Assembly: GCA_031372065.1 (NCBI GenBank)
Contig: JANMKN010000291.1
Span: 1 to 54,819 of the forward strand
Direction: 5' to 3'
DNA: 54,819 nt
Origin: Abditibacteriaceae bacterium
GTDB lineage: Bacteria > Armatimonadota > Abditibacteriia > Abditibacteriales > Abditibacteriaceae
In this document: piece after piece, positions 18,242 through 28,257 of the stretch
How positions within the stretch are numbered: the first letter of the stretch is position 1
Layout of the letters: every line of letters starts with the position of its first letter
Position numbers and translations under genes: made by a program
Notes under the pieces: model-generated
Seen by the model: only the letters and a program-made list of their open reading frames with translations
Told to the model about the DNA's origin: nothing
Databases searched by the model: none

Positions 18242-19324
18242 ATGGGAGGATACATCTCGGCGGTTATCGCTGTGGCGGCCATGACGGGCTTAATTGCCGT
18301 TGTGCCCGGAGCCGACCACACGGCTAACGTGTCCTTACTTTATTTATTGGTTGTCATGGGAGCGGCTCATTGGTTGGGCCGAGGGCCGGCAGTCTTGGCT
18401 TCGCTCTTGGCCGTGTTGTCGTTCGATTGGTTCTTCGTGGAGCCACGCCACGCCTTTACAGTCACAAATCCCGCCGAATGGCTGGCGTTAGGGGTCTTTT
18501 TAGTGACGGCGATGGTGATTAGCCAATTCACCGCGCTCATCCGCCAACGCGCCGTAGTAGAAGCCCAAGCGCAGGCTTTGACCGAAGCCGACCAGCTCAA
18601 GACGGCGCTGCTTTCGATGGTTTCACACGATTTTCGCAGCCCACTCACTTCTATTAAAACGGGTGTTACCGCGCTACTTCAGGAAGGCGCGCCTTGGGAT
18701 GCCGATACTCAGCGAGAATTATTGTCCGGCATCAATCAGGAGACAGACCGCCTGAACCGCATGGTTGGAAATATTCTCGCACTTTCACGATTAGAAGCCG
18801 GAGCGTGGTGCCCGCAATGCGAAACGGTTTCTCTGGCCGAAGTGGTGGGAGCCGTCCTCGATTCGTTTAAAGACGACGACAATCGTCGCATCAGCGTTGC
18901 GTTGGAGACGGCACCCAGCGAAGTTTGTCTCGATATGGTGCAGATTGTTCAGGTGTTGCACAATCTTCTGGAAAACGCTTTGAAGTATTCGCCTTCAGGT
19001 AGTCCCGTTTACCTACACGCAACACAGCAAAGCGACCGGCTCATCGTGGAAGTTCTGGATTCAGGAGCGGGACTTGCGCCGGATGAAGAAAAGCATATCT
19101 TTGAACGGTTTTATCGTGCTCCGCGCTGGAGGGAGAGTTCTTTTCCCGGCACGGGCATCGGTTTGGCGGTTTGTAGTGGATTAGTAGAAGCGCACGGCGG
19201 GCAACTGAGCGCCGCCAATCGTGCTGAAGGCGGGGCCATGTTCCGCGTTATGTTGCCTTTGCAACCGGATGAACCCGAAACAGGAAGGATAAAGCAAGCC
19301 TCACATGAACGTGCTGGTCATTGA
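18242..19324 (+). CDS. Short KdpD-like sensor histidine kinase (DUF4118-type TM region + HisKA + HATPase)
   Basis: FDWFFVEPRHAFTV TM motif; SHDFRSPLTSI; NLLENALKY; GTGIGL. No N-terminal Kdp/USP region. Start could be TTG 18227. Confidence 0.85.
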   Translation: MGGYISAVIAVAAMTGLIAVVPGADHTANVSLLYLLVVMGAAHWLGRGPAVLASLLAVLSFDWFFVEPRHAFTVTNPAEWLALGVFLVTAMVISQFTALIRQRAVVEAQAQALTEADQLKTALLSMVSHDFRSPLTSIKTGVTALLQEGAPWDADTQRELLSGINQETDRLNRMVGNILALSRLEAGAWCPQCETVSLAEVVGAVLDSFKDDDNRRISVALETAPSEVCLDMVQIVQVLHNLLENALKYSPSGSPVYLHATQQSDRLIVEVLDSGAGLAPDEEKHIFERFYRAPRWRESSFPGTGIGLAVCSGLVEAHGGQLSAANRAEGGAMFRVMLPLQPDEPETGRIKQASHERAGH

Positions 19325-19997
19325 TGATGAGCCGCAAATTCGGCGCGCGTTACGCATCGGCTTGGAGCGCAACGGCTATCAAGTCACGCTTGCCGCCAGT
19401 GGTGAAGAAGGTTTAGATTTAGCCGCGCTGCATCCTACCGATTTCGTGATTCTCGATTTGGCGATGCCGGGTATTGACGGTGTGGAAGTCTGTCGCCAAC
19501 TGCGCGCGTGGAGTTCGGTTCCGGTTATCGTGCTTTCGGTGCGTGAGGGAGAGAAGGACAAAATCGCCGCGCTCGATGCCGGAGCGGATGACTATTTAAC
19601 CAAGCCCTTCAGTCTGGATGAACTGTTAGCCCGCTTGCGCGCCGTTCTGCGTCGCGCCCGCAGCGATGCCGAAGCGGAAACGCCTTTGTTTTCTGCGGGC
19701 GAGTTGCAAATTGATTTCGCAGGGCGGCGCGTCGCCTTGTCCGGCGAGGAAATTCACCTGACGCCAATCGAGTATGAACTGCTTAAGTTCATGGCGCAGC
19801 ATCCTAATCGCGTGCTAACTCACCGTCACCTTCTGACCAAGATTTGGGGAGCCGAGTATGCTGAGGACACGCACACTTTGCGCGTGCATATTGCTAACTT
19901 ACGCAACAAAATCGAACCGGACGCCACACGCCCCCGCTTCCTTCACACCGAGCCGCGCATCGGTTATCGCTTCCGCGTGGATGAGTCGCCCGTTTGA
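19305..19997 (+). CDS. kdpE: KdpE-like OmpR-family response regulator
   Basis: VIDDEPQIRRAL; ALDAGADDYLTKPF; VLTHRHLL..IWG; KIEPDATRPRFLHTEPRIGYRF. Confidence 0.85.
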   Translation: MNVLVIDDEPQIRRALRIGLERNGYQVTLAASGEEGLDLAALHPTDFVILDLAMPGIDGVEVCRQLRAWSSVPVIVLSVREGEKDKIAALDAGADDYLTKPFSLDELLARLRAVLRRARSDAEAETPLFSAGELQIDFAGRRVALSGEEIHLTPIEYELLKFMAQHPNRVLTHRHLLTKIWGAEYAEDTHTLRVHIANLRNKIEPDATRPRFLHTEPRIGYRFRVDESPV

Positions 19998-19998
19998 A

Positions 19999-20049
19999 TC
20001 TTGATAGCTTCTTGATATTTCCGTCCCGCGCCTTGATGCCTTCTTGTTC
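19999..20049 (+). promoter_or_regulatory. Putative OmpR/KdpE-type direct-repeat operator
   Basis: TCTTGATA (19999), TCTTGATA (20010), CCTTGATG (20031), TCTTGTTC (20042); spacing 11/21/11 bp. Confidence 0.6.
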
Positions 20050-20096
20050 TGGTTTTTCCGATATTGCTATGCAGCGACAAGCAATAGCGAGAAACC

Positions 20097-22052
20097 ATGC
20101 AATTTTCACTCAAGCAATTCTTGATTGGCCGTCCACTGCACACCGAACAAGCGCACCACGAGAAACTACCTAAAGTTTTGGCGCTGCCGGTCTTTGCGTC
20201 CGATGCGCTTTCCTCGACGGCGTATGCGTCTGAAGAAATCATGGCGGCTTTGCTGATAGGCGGCGCCGGTCTCTTTTTCCTGACACCGCAACTTAGCATC
20301 GGCATTGCCCTGCTGCTGGCGATTGTGGTTATCAGCTACCGCCAAACCGTGATGGCTTATCCGGGCGGCGGAGGCGCTTACATCGTCTCCAAAGAAAACT
20401 TGGGCGAACTTCCGGCGCAAGCCGCCGGCGCCGCGTTGCTGATTGATTATGTTCTCACGGTTTCGGTAAGTATCGCGGCGGGCATCGCGGCCATCGCATC
20501 GCTGGTGGAAACAGTGGGGCACAAAGACATTCACCATTACATCGTGCCTCTATGTTTGTTAGCCGTCGCTTTCGTTGCCTTAATGAACCTGCGCGGCGTG
20601 AGAGAAAGCGGAGCCGCCTTCGCCATTCCGGCCTACTCGTTCGTGGCGATTATGTATGTGCTGCTGGGAGTGGGTTTTTATCGTTGGTTTGCCGGTGGCG
20701 GCGTGCCCTTGGCTCATTCGGGAGCGGAATTATTGGCCGCGCGCACCGTCGAACACAGCGCGGGAACGGCTCTGCAAACGCTGACTCCTTTTCTCTTGCT
20801 GCGAGCCTTCGCTTCGGGTTGCACGGCGCTCACCGGCGTGGAAGCCGTGAGCAACGGCGTGACGGCTTTCCGAGAACCCGCCTCCAAAAATGCCGCAGCC
20901 GTCATGGTTTGGATGGGCTTGATTTTAGGTTCGCTCTTCATGGGCCTGAGCTTCTTAGCCGTCCATATCAATGCCGTCCCGCCGACCGCCGACGGTTTCA
21001 GCGAAACGGTTGTGTCGCAGGTTGGACGGATGGTATTTGGAGGCATCGGGCCAACCGTTGGCGGGCAGAGCGTGTTGTATTACTTCCTGCAAATCGCCAC
21101 GTGCGCGATTCTCATTCTGGCGGCCAATACCGCTTTTGCCGACTTTCCGCGCCTGTCGTCTTTGATGGCGCGCGACGGCTATCTGCCTCGTCAATTGGGA
21201 AACATCGGCGATAAATTGGTGTTCAACAACGGCATTTTGTTGTTGTCCTTGCTCAGCGCTCTGCTAATTGTTGTTTTCAAAGGCAGCGTCAACGCCCTGA
21301 TTCCGCTTTACTGCGTCGGCGTTTTCTTGTCCTTCACGCTTTCTCAGGCGGGCATGGTCAAGCGTTGGCGTCGGCTCAAGACACCGGGATGGCAATTGAA
21401 AGCCGTCGTCAACGGCTTTGGTGCCGTCGCAACCTGCATTGTGATGATTGTTTTCGGCGTGGTGAAGTTTTCGGGCGGAGCTTGGGTCGTCGTCATCTTG
21501 GTTCCAACGCTAATATTTCTCTTTTCGCTGATTCACAGGCATTATCGCAGCGTGGCCCAGCAGTTAAGTCTGGAAGGTTTTCGGCCTCGACAAAGTTACC
21601 ACCAGCACGTCTTTGTTTTAGTGCCGGATATTCATCGCGGCGTCATACCGGCCTTGCAATTTGCGCGCTCCTTTTCATCAGATGCCAAAGCCCTTCACGT
21701 GTCCATTGACCCGGCGCGCGAAAAGCGGGTGCGCGAGCGGTTTACACTGTGGTCGCGCGGAGTGCCTTTAGTTGTTTTGCCGTCGCCTTATCGCTCACTT
21801 GTTGCCCCAGTGATGGAATACATTGACCGCTTGCAAGATCAGGAGCCAAATTGCCTGATTACCATTGTCATTCCTGAGTTCGTGCCGCAGGGTTGGCTGC
21901 CCAAGTTGCTGCATGGTCAAGCTGGTTTCATGATGGCGCTACGCTTGCATGAGAGGCGCGGCATCGTGGTCGTCAATGTCCCCTATCACATTGATGCTTT
22001 TGTTCCTCTGACACCGAAAAGTAAGCCGTCCGCAGGCAGTAGCCATCAATAA
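20097..22052 (+). CDS. KimA/YdaO-like APC-family K+ transporter
   Basis: ALPVFASDALSSTAYA; YPGGGGAY; ALTGVEAVSNG; ANTAFADFPRL; SPYRSLVAP; IPEFV. Confidence 0.88.
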   Translation: MQFSLKQFLIGRPLHTEQAHHEKLPKVLALPVFASDALSSTAYASEEIMAALLIGGAGLFFLTPQLSIGIALLLAIVVISYRQTVMAYPGGGGAYIVSKENLGELPAQAAGAALLIDYVLTVSVSIAAGIAAIASLVETVGHKDIHHYIVPLCLLAVAFVALMNLRGVRESGAAFAIPAYSFVAIMYVLLGVGFYRWFAGGGVPLAHSGAELLAARTVEHSAGTALQTLTPFLLLRAFASGCTALTGVEAVSNGVTAFREPASKNAAAVMVWMGLILGSLFMGLSFLAVHINAVPPTADGFSETVVSQVGRMVFGGIGPTVGGQSVLYYFLQIATCAILILAANTAFADFPRLSSLMARDGYLPRQLGNIGDKLVFNNGILLLSLLSALLIVVFKGSVNALIPLYCVGVFLSFTLSQAGMVKRWRRLKTPGWQLKAVVNGFGAVATCIVMIVFGVVKFSGGAWVVVILVPTLIFLFSLIHRHYRSVAQQLSLEGFRPRQSYHQHVFVLVPDIHRGVIPALQFARSFSSDAKALHVSIDPAREKRVRERFTLWSRGVPLVVLPSPYRSLVAPVMEYIDRLQDQEPNCLITIVIPEFVPQGWLPKLLHGQAGFMMALRLHERRGIVVVNVPYHIDAFVPLTPKSKPSAGSSHQ

Positions 22053-22103
22053 CACAATGGTTGTTTCCAGCGAGGAATAGCCGGTGAGAAGCACATTTTG
22101 CAT

Positions 22104-22886
22104 TTAGTCCTTCATCGGGTTGCGGCCAATCATCGGGTATTGTTCCAGTTCCACTACGGCGCCGCTGATGGGGGCGCCTTCGTCGGACACGAAGGCTAAA
22201 GCGAAGTGTGCGATTTCTTTGGGCGAGAGAATATGGCCCGATGGTGCAAAGGCGGGCGGGACGTTTTCGGGCCAGTTTTCATCCAAACCTTCGGTCATTT
22301 TCAATTTGTATTCGTTCGGCGTTAAAACCCAGCCGAGATTCAGATGATTAACGCGAATATTTTCGCGCGCGTGGGCATCGGCCAAGTTGCGCGACATGGT
22401 CATCAGGCCACCTTTGCTCATCGAATACGCCAATTGATTGCCTTCGCCGGTATAAGCGTTAATTGAGCCGATGTTGAGAATCACGCCCTTGCCCGCTTTG
22501 CGAAAATGTGGCAACGCGGCTTGGCAAAGCAGCATCGGGGCGCGCAGGTTGACGGCGATGGTGAAATCGAAGGTTTCCACATCGGTTGTTTCCAAATTGC
22601 TGCGCGTCATCACGGCGGCGTTGTTGACCAAAATATCAATTCCGCCAAACTGTTCTACCGTGGCTTCGACGAGGCCCGCACATTCGCTGGGTTCATCCAA
22701 GCGCGCCAGATGATAAGCCGCGTCGCCACCCGTTTCTTTGATAGAAGCGATGACTTCTTCGGCTTCGTTTTGGCGTCGCCCATGGATCATCACGCGCGCG
22801 CCTTCACGCGCAAAACGCCGCGCGATTTCTTCGCCAATGCCTGTAGTTGAACCCGTCACCAACACGCTTTTATTTTTCAGTTGCAT
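22104..22886 (-). CDS. SDR family oxidoreductase
   Basis: TGSTTGIG; NNAA; YSMSK. Confidence 0.92.
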   Translation of the reverse strand: MQLKNKSVLVTGSTTGIGEEIARRFAREGARVMIHGRRQNEAEEVIASIKETGGDAAYHLARLDEPSECAGLVEATVEQFGGIDILVNNAAVMTRSNLETTDVETFDFTIAVNLRAPMLLCQAALPHFRKAGKGVILNIGSINAYTGEGNQLAYSMSKGGLMTMSRNLADAHARENIRVNHLNLGWVLTPNEYKLKMTEGLDENWPENVPPAFAPSGHILSPKEIAHFALAFVSDEGAPISGAVVELEQYPMIGRNPMKD

Positions 22887-22901
22887 GAGAAATTCTCCGA
22901 T

Positions 22902-23008
22902 TTAGCCGCTAATCTTCGATACACAAAAAGGCGCCAAAACGACGCGATTTTTGAGATAATAGCGTCGTTTTGGCTTTGTTTTAGCGTCGCCGCAGGCATG
23001 GCGGCTAT
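22902..23008. repeat. Dispersed TIR-bounded hairpin element, copy 1
   Basis: TAGCCGC...GCGGCTA ends; central GCCAAAACGACGC/GCGTCGTTTTGGC stem; homologous to 49764-49888 in inverted orientation. Confidence 0.8.
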
Positions 23009-23014
23009 TAAAAT

Positions 23015-24052
23015 CTACGGCTTCAGAACAGCTTTCACCAAATCGCCATGATGCATGGCATCGAAGCAGCTTTGCCAATCTTCGAGTGGCGCAACGCGAT
23101 TGAGAATCAGATCGAGATTGATTTGCCCGCTGGCTAACATCGAAATCACTTTTTCCCACATCGGCCAGTTGTGCGAAAAGCTGCCTTGCAAAGTCGCGCC
23201 CTTTTGCACGAGCGGGTCGAGCGAGAAATTCAACGGCTGCGGCCCCCAACCGACTTTGATGATTTGCCCGCCGGGTCGCACAATTTCCATCGCGGTTTGC
23301 AACGCGATGCTCACACCCGCCGCGTCAATTACCACGTCCACGCCGTAACCATCGCCGAGACTTTTGACGTGTTCGGCCACGTTTTGCGAAAAGCAATGCG
23401 TCGCGCCAATAGTTTTCGCAGTTTGCAAGCGCTTTTCATCGGAGGGCATGCCTAAAACGATCAACGGACTCGCGCCGGAAAGTTTCGCCATCAGCGCGCA
23501 CAAAAGGCCAATCGGCCCCGGCCCGATGACGACAACGCTATCGCCGGGACGGATGCGCGCGTTCATGCACGTTGCGTTATAAGCCACGCAGCATGGCTCG
23601 GTTAAGGCCGCTTTTTCAAAGGGTAAATGGTCGGGAATGTGGTGCAAACAACGCCCCGGCACGCGCGCGAATTTCGTCATGGCGCCGTCCACGCCGTAGC
23701 CAAAACCGAGACGATTCGGGTCGAGATTGTATTGTCCGGCGCGCACATAAGGAGAAGCCGCATCAATCACTGCCGCCGTCTCACTGACGGCGCGATCACC
23801 TTCGGCAAAGCCGCGCACGTTTTTGCCGACTTGCGCGATGACGCCGGAAAATTCATGGCCCAAAACAACGGGATAATTCACTTTCCAGCTATTTTTGCCA
23901 AGATATTGATGCAAATCGCTGCCGCAAATGCCAACGGCTTGCACTGCCAGCAAAACATCATCGTCGCCGATTTCCGGCACCGCTAATTCGCGCAACTCCG
24001 CCGCTTTAGCTTCCGGCCCGTAATTCACAAGGCCCGTCATGGTATTGGTCAT
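23015..24052 (-). CDS. Zinc-dependent alcohol/polyol dehydrogenase (MDR)
   Basis: GICGSDLH; GHEFSG; GPGPIG. Confidence 0.92.
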   Translation of the reverse strand: MTNTMTGLVNYGPEAKAAELRELAVPEIGDDDVLLAVQAVGICGSDLHQYLGKNSWKVNYPVVLGHEFSGVIAQVGKNVRGFAEGDRAVSETAAVIDAASPYVRAGQYNLDPNRLGFGYGVDGAMTKFARVPGRCLHHIPDHLPFEKAALTEPCCVAYNATCMNARIRPGDSVVVIGPGPIGLLCALMAKLSGASPLIVLGMPSDEKRLQTAKTIGATHCFSQNVAEHVKSLGDGYGVDVVIDAAGVSIALQTAMEIVRPGGQIIKVGWGPQPLNFSLDPLVQKGATLQGSFSHNWPMWEKVISMLASGQINLDLILNRVAPLEDWQSCFDAMHHGDLVKAVLKP

Positions 24053-24057
24053 ATTGA

Positions 24058-24522
24058 TTATCGTTTTAGTTCATAAAACGCATTCATTTTAATCTTTTTC
24101 TCGTTGTGCATTTGCCAGAACTTCTGCAATTTTACAGGTCGCTTATATCGCTGTGGGTGTGGCCCAAATTGATAGTCACTGGTGAAGAAAACCTTATCAA
24201 GTGGCGATGCCTTTAACAGGCTATCAAGAAGCGTTTTGAGTGATGGAGCGTATTCTGGTGCCAACTTAACAAAATGAAACCAATCATCCTCTTCCTTTGA
24301 CAAAAGCTCGGATGCGAAAAAAATCCCTTCACATTGCGGGTCGCGTAGAGCCGGGTTGCCCAAATGATAAATACAGCCGCCTACCTTATCAAATTCAGCC
24401 TGCCACAAAGGAGATGGAGATCGATGCGAGCGCAGTCCAGTTTCTGTCTCAATGGCAAAGGGCATCTCCAATAATTGAATTGGTTCAATTTGCCCTACAC
24501 AAACTATCTCAATTGAAGGCAT
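24058..24522 (-). CDS. Hypothetical protein (AT-rich, operon-interstitial)
   Basis: ATG at 24522 (MPSIEIVCVGQ) after GGAGG; fills the gap between two catabolic genes. Confidence 0.65.
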   Translation of the reverse strand: MPSIEIVCVGQIEPIQLLEMPFAIETETGLRSHRSPSPLWQAEFDKVGGCIYHLGNPALRDPQCEGIFFASELLSKEEDDWFHFVKLAPEYAPSLKTLLDSLLKASPLDKVFFTSDYQFGPHPQRYKRPVKLQKFWQMHNEKKIKMNAFYELKR

Positions 24523-24535
24523 AGCAAAATAATTC

Positions 24536-25228
24536 CTACCTCCCTCTAAACGCGTGAACACGCTCGCAAATGAGGCGAAGTTTGCTTTCGAGATCGCCGG
24601 AGGCAGTTTTGAAAGCATCGGCGTCAATCGTTAAGGGCGCGCCTAAAACAACCAGTGGCGCGCCGTATTCCGGTGTAAAAATCGCTTGCTCAAGGGTCAA
24701 ACTGCCGACGGCTTGAACGGGAATTTTGACGGCGTTGACAACTTCGCGCAACTGATCGAGCGGCGTCGGTGGTTTTTCACCACGTGCGGCAATGCCGCGC
24801 CGTTCATCGTAGCCGATGTGATGAATAACGTAATCGCAACCGAGGTCTTCGAGGCGTTTTGCGGCAGCTATCATATCGGGCGCACCAAGATTATCGCCCA
24901 TCACTTTGACGCCGAAATCGCGTCCGGCTTGCACCACGACTTTTATGGTTTCTTCGTGGGCGCGCTCCATCACTACAACGTGCGTGGCGCCCGCTTTGAA
25001 CATCAGCTCCGCTTCTAAATAACCGCCGTCCATCGTTTTCAAATCGGCGACAATCGGCACATCAGGAAACTCACGCCGCAAGGCACGCACGCCATTCATG
25101 CCTTCGGCGATGATGAGTGGCGTCCCGGCTTCGAGCCAATCCACACCAGCCCGCAAAGCCATGCGCGCTGTGTCAAGCGCTTCGGCAATGTCCGTCACGT
25201 CCAGCGAAATTTGCACGATAGTTTTCAT
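24536..25228 (-). CDS. HPS/KGPDC (OMP decarboxylase suprafamily) enzyme, 3-hexulose-6-phosphate synthase-like
   Basis: VQISLD; LEAGTPLI; VADLKTMDGG. Confidence 0.88.
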   Translation of the reverse strand: MKTIVQISLDVTDIAEALDTARMALRAGVDWLEAGTPLIIAEGMNGVRALRREFPDVPIVADLKTMDGGYLEAELMFKAGATHVVVMERAHEETIKVVVQAGRDFGVKVMGDNLGAPDMIAAAKRLEDLGCDYVIHHIGYDERRGIAARGEKPPTPLDQLREVVNAVKIPVQAVGSLTLEQAIFTPEYGAPLVVLGAPLTIDADAFKTASGDLESKLRLICERVHAFRGR

Positions 25229-25245
25229 GATTTAAAGGCATTGGA

Positions 25246-25331
25246 ACACAAAGGCGCAAAGACACAAAGAGAAGAAATATAGAGATAGATTTCAATCGGC
25301 TTTTCTTTATTTTCTTCTTTGTGTCTTTGCG
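25246..25331. repeat. REP-like palindrome (CACAAAG-type)
   Basis: CGCAAAGACACAAAGA (25255-25270) pairs with TCTTTGTGTCTTTGCG (25316-25331). Confidence 0.7.
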
Positions 25332-25339
25332 TTTAATCG

Positions 25340-27364
25340 TTACTTCGCCGCTTCCAAGCGCAGGTAATCAAGGCCGGTCATGTAGGCTTTTTGCGCCTTG
25401 TCGTTGGCGCCGACGATTTCGATGGTGAATTTGTGTTCGCCAGCCAACAAGTCGCGCGTGCCCAGATTGATTTCGCCCGTGGGAATCACGCCGTCGTTGA
25501 AAAAATCAATTTTATCGCCGAGTTTTTCACCGTCTACCCAAAATTGGGCAATGCCATAATCTATGGCTTTGGTGAAGTTCGCTTTCACGTTGTAGCGGCC
25601 CGCTGTTGGCACATTGAAAGCCAGCGTCAACTTATCGCCGGGCTTGGATTTTGTCCACCATAATTGCGAGAAATTGCTCCACTCGGCTTGATAACCGTCC
25701 ATGCCCTGCACTTCGGTAGTGCCGCCAGTTTTTTCGACAATTTTTAATTCTTCGCCTTCGAGCGCGCCTTTTACACGGGGCGATACAGGCACCGTTTGGT
25801 AATAGCCGATGCGCGTGTCCAGCGGCGCATAACCATACGGGTCGCTGCCATCTTCCTGCAAATACCAATAGGCTGTGGCGGCAAAAAGTGTCGGCTTGCT
25901 ATTGGGATAATATTTTTCGATGTCGGCTTCGATACCATATTGAAACGGCACATTATCGGCGATGTGCCAGCGATTCACCGAATTATTGCCGGGGCGCGCA
26001 TCGGAATTGGGCTGGCTGTGCAAGGCCTGATTAAACACTTTCATGCTCGACCACGCATAGCCGAAATAATCTTCCGAGCCGGTGCCGATAGTGGACGGAA
26101 ATTTTTCGCCGTCCACGAAAAACTTTTCGTCGCCTTCGCCCCACCAACCGCCGCGTGGATTCCAAATGTGCAGCATCACGCCGACAAAACGACCCCGGCC
26201 CTGCGTGACCAAAAACGGCCAGTCAATGGTGCGTCCGGTTTTCAGGTCAGGCCGCATCGAATCGCGGTGCCACTTGGCATGAAAGCGTCCATACCAACCA
26301 ATCGGGCGCGAAAGCGGCGCGTGTTTAATCGTCCATTTCATCGGCAACGGCGTGTCGCCTTCGTTGAGAATTTCAATGCGCGCCTTGCGAAACGGCATAT
26401 ACCAGTTGGAATACATTCCTTCGTCGGTCATGCCGACGGGCAGCGTTTTGTATTTGGCAAAGCCCGGCGCCGCGCCGAAAAAGTCGCCGAGCGGCACCCA
26501 CACAGCGGGCGCGGTTTGGTCGTCCCAATAAATGCGCAATACAGCTTCGCGGAAAGTTTGCACGGCGCTGTCCATTGCCAATTTGCCCAGTTGCACGCGC
26601 AAATTTGTGATCGCTTGCGGCCCGTCCAAAACGGCAACTGTCGCCACATCGTGCGCCGGCACGATGATGTTCGATTGTATTGCTGCTTGGCCGGGAAGTG
26701 ATGTGTCAGCGCCCAATCCATCGCTTAATTTGCGGTTCGCTTCGGCCAGCGCGGCTTTGTCTGCCTCACCCAAATTGCGTGTAAAAGTCGGCACGGTTGT
26801 GCCTTGCGGAAAGATGCTGTAGGTGAACTGAAAATAATCGCCCCAATTCTTGTCTGCTATGATTTTGCAGGACTTATGGAAAGAAATCGGCACATACGAA
26901 TCGAAGCCGTTGGAGGCCGTTTTATAAACCAACGCCGGATAAGAAAACGGCGCGTTTTTGCCATCGAAATAGCCGGTAAACGGCAAGTCCACCGTGGGTT
27001 TTTCGGCGCCGTCTAAATAAATGCGCACATGGCCTTCTTTGGGCGTGGCCGACCAAATGCGCCAGATCACGCCCGGCCCGTTCATTTCGGCCAGCACTTC
27101 GTTTTCACCTTCGCGGCGAATGACGCCGTGACCATCACCGTTGGCGTCCCACTTGATATATTTGCCGGTTTTTTCGTCGTAAACACTGGCGCGGTCATAG
27201 CTCGAAGCCAGCGCCGTTTTTTCGCCGGGCATCGGCAAAACCGCGACCTGTTCCATGTCGGTCAGACGCTTCACCAAACCGGCATAGGTCAAATTTTCGG
27301 CGCGACAAGCAGCACCTGAAAGCAGCAGGGCGGCAGTGCAAAGCGAGAATTGAATCTTTTTCAT
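25340..27364 (-). CDS. Secreted DUF2961 / GH172-like glycoside hydrolase with C-terminal CBM-like domain
   Basis: Signal peptide; SSYDR; GPGVIWRIWSA; PLGDFFG; WWGEGDEKFFVDGE; GTGSEDYFG. Confidence 0.85.
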   Translation of the reverse strand: MKKIQFSLCTAALLLSGAACRAENLTYAGLVKRLTDMEQVAVLPMPGEKTALASSYDRASVYDEKTGKYIKWDANGDGHGVIRREGENEVLAEMNGPGVIWRIWSATPKEGHVRIYLDGAEKPTVDLPFTGYFDGKNAPFSYPALVYKTASNGFDSYVPISFHKSCKIIADKNWGDYFQFTYSIFPQGTTVPTFTRNLGEADKAALAEANRKLSDGLGADTSLPGQAAIQSNIIVPAHDVATVAVLDGPQAITNLRVQLGKLAMDSAVQTFREAVLRIYWDDQTAPAVWVPLGDFFGAAPGFAKYKTLPVGMTDEGMYSNWYMPFRKARIEILNEGDTPLPMKWTIKHAPLSRPIGWYGRFHAKWHRDSMRPDLKTGRTIDWPFLVTQGRGRFVGVMLHIWNPRGGWWGEGDEKFFVDGEKFPSTIGTGSEDYFGYAWSSMKVFNQALHSQPNSDARPGNNSVNRWHIADNVPFQYGIEADIEKYYPNSKPTLFAATAYWYLQEDGSDPYGYAPLDTRIGYYQTVPVSPRVKGALEGEELKIVEKTGGTTEVQGMDGYQAEWSNFSQLWWTKSKPGDKLTLAFNVPTAGRYNVKANFTKAIDYGIAQFWVDGEKLGDKIDFFNDGVIPTGEINLGTRDLLAGEHKFTIEIVGANDKAQKAYMTGLDYLRLEAAK

Positions 27365-28254
27365 GACAAACCGTGTTCCTTCATTTTATGGCGCAGAAAA
27401 ATTGCGGACTCGCGCAAATTCTCCATTCCAAGATTGGGGTCTTCGCCGTCTTCGATACTAATCCAGCCCGCGAATCCGACACTGCTCAGAATGCTGAAAA
27501 TCTTATCGTAATCATTCAGCCCGTGCCCAATAACGCCGTGCCTTAAAATCGGCGCGTAGCCTTGCTGCGGATGCGCTTCCAGTTGCCGCAAATCATCGAC
27601 GCTCCCGCCTTCAAAATAGCGGTCGCTGGCGTGCATCGAAACCACGCGATGTTTCACTTCTTCCAGCAATGCAATCGGATCATCGCCCGCTATGATGGCG
27701 TTGGACGGGTCGTAATTCACGCCAAACCACCGGCTGTTTGGGATGGCATGGAGTAACTCCAAAAACACATCCATCTTTTGCGCGAATTCGGGAAAATCCC
27801 AGAAGCCATCTTTATAATGATTCTCAAGAATAAGAACCACGCCTTGAGCCTCGGCAAACGGCAGTAATTCTGTGATGCAATCGGCAGCCATTTTTACGCC
27901 AACATTGCGCGACACATCGTCGCGTCGTTGCCCGCTCAACACGCGGCAAAACTGGCCGCCGAGTTTGGCAGTGACTTCGATGACTTCTTTTTGCTTTTCG
28001 ATTTGCTCGCGCCGCCGCGCCGCATCGGGCTGAATAAAATCGGGCGAGTAACACATCATCGGCACGCACAAATCGCGCGCTTCGACATAAGCGCGCAGGC
28101 GCGCAATTTCGTCATCTTCGCGCGGCGTAAAGCCCCAATAAAATTCGAGGCCATCAATATCCAATTCGGCAGCCAAGTCCACCCATTGTTCGGGCGTCAT
28201 TCGTCCATCAACGAGATCATTTAAAAAGCATTTGGGGAAAGCAGCGAGGGGCAT
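27361..28254 (-). CDS. Sugar phosphate isomerase/epimerase (xylose-isomerase-like TIM barrel)
   Basis: LENH; NYDPSN; MHASD; WISIE metal ligands. Confidence 0.88.
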   Translation of the reverse strand: MPLAAFPKCFLNDLVDGRMTPEQWVDLAAELDIDGLEFYWGFTPREDDEIARLRAYVEARDLCVPMMCYSPDFIQPDAARRREQIEKQKEVIEVTAKLGGQFCRVLSGQRRDDVSRNVGVKMAADCITELLPFAEAQGVVLILENHYKDGFWDFPEFAQKMDVFLELLHAIPNSRWFGVNYDPSNAIIAGDDPIALLEEVKHRVVSMHASDRYFEGGSVDDLRQLEAHPQQGYAPILRHGVIGHGLNDYDKIFSILSSVGFAGWISIEDGEDPNLGMENLRESAIFLRHKMKEHGLS

Positions 28255-28257
28255 AAT

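Noticed and set aside
19998..20096. c-di-AMP (ydaO) riboswitch before the KimA-like gene
   Set aside because: The gap is only 99 bp and lacks recognisable riboswitch motifs; it holds direct repeats instead.
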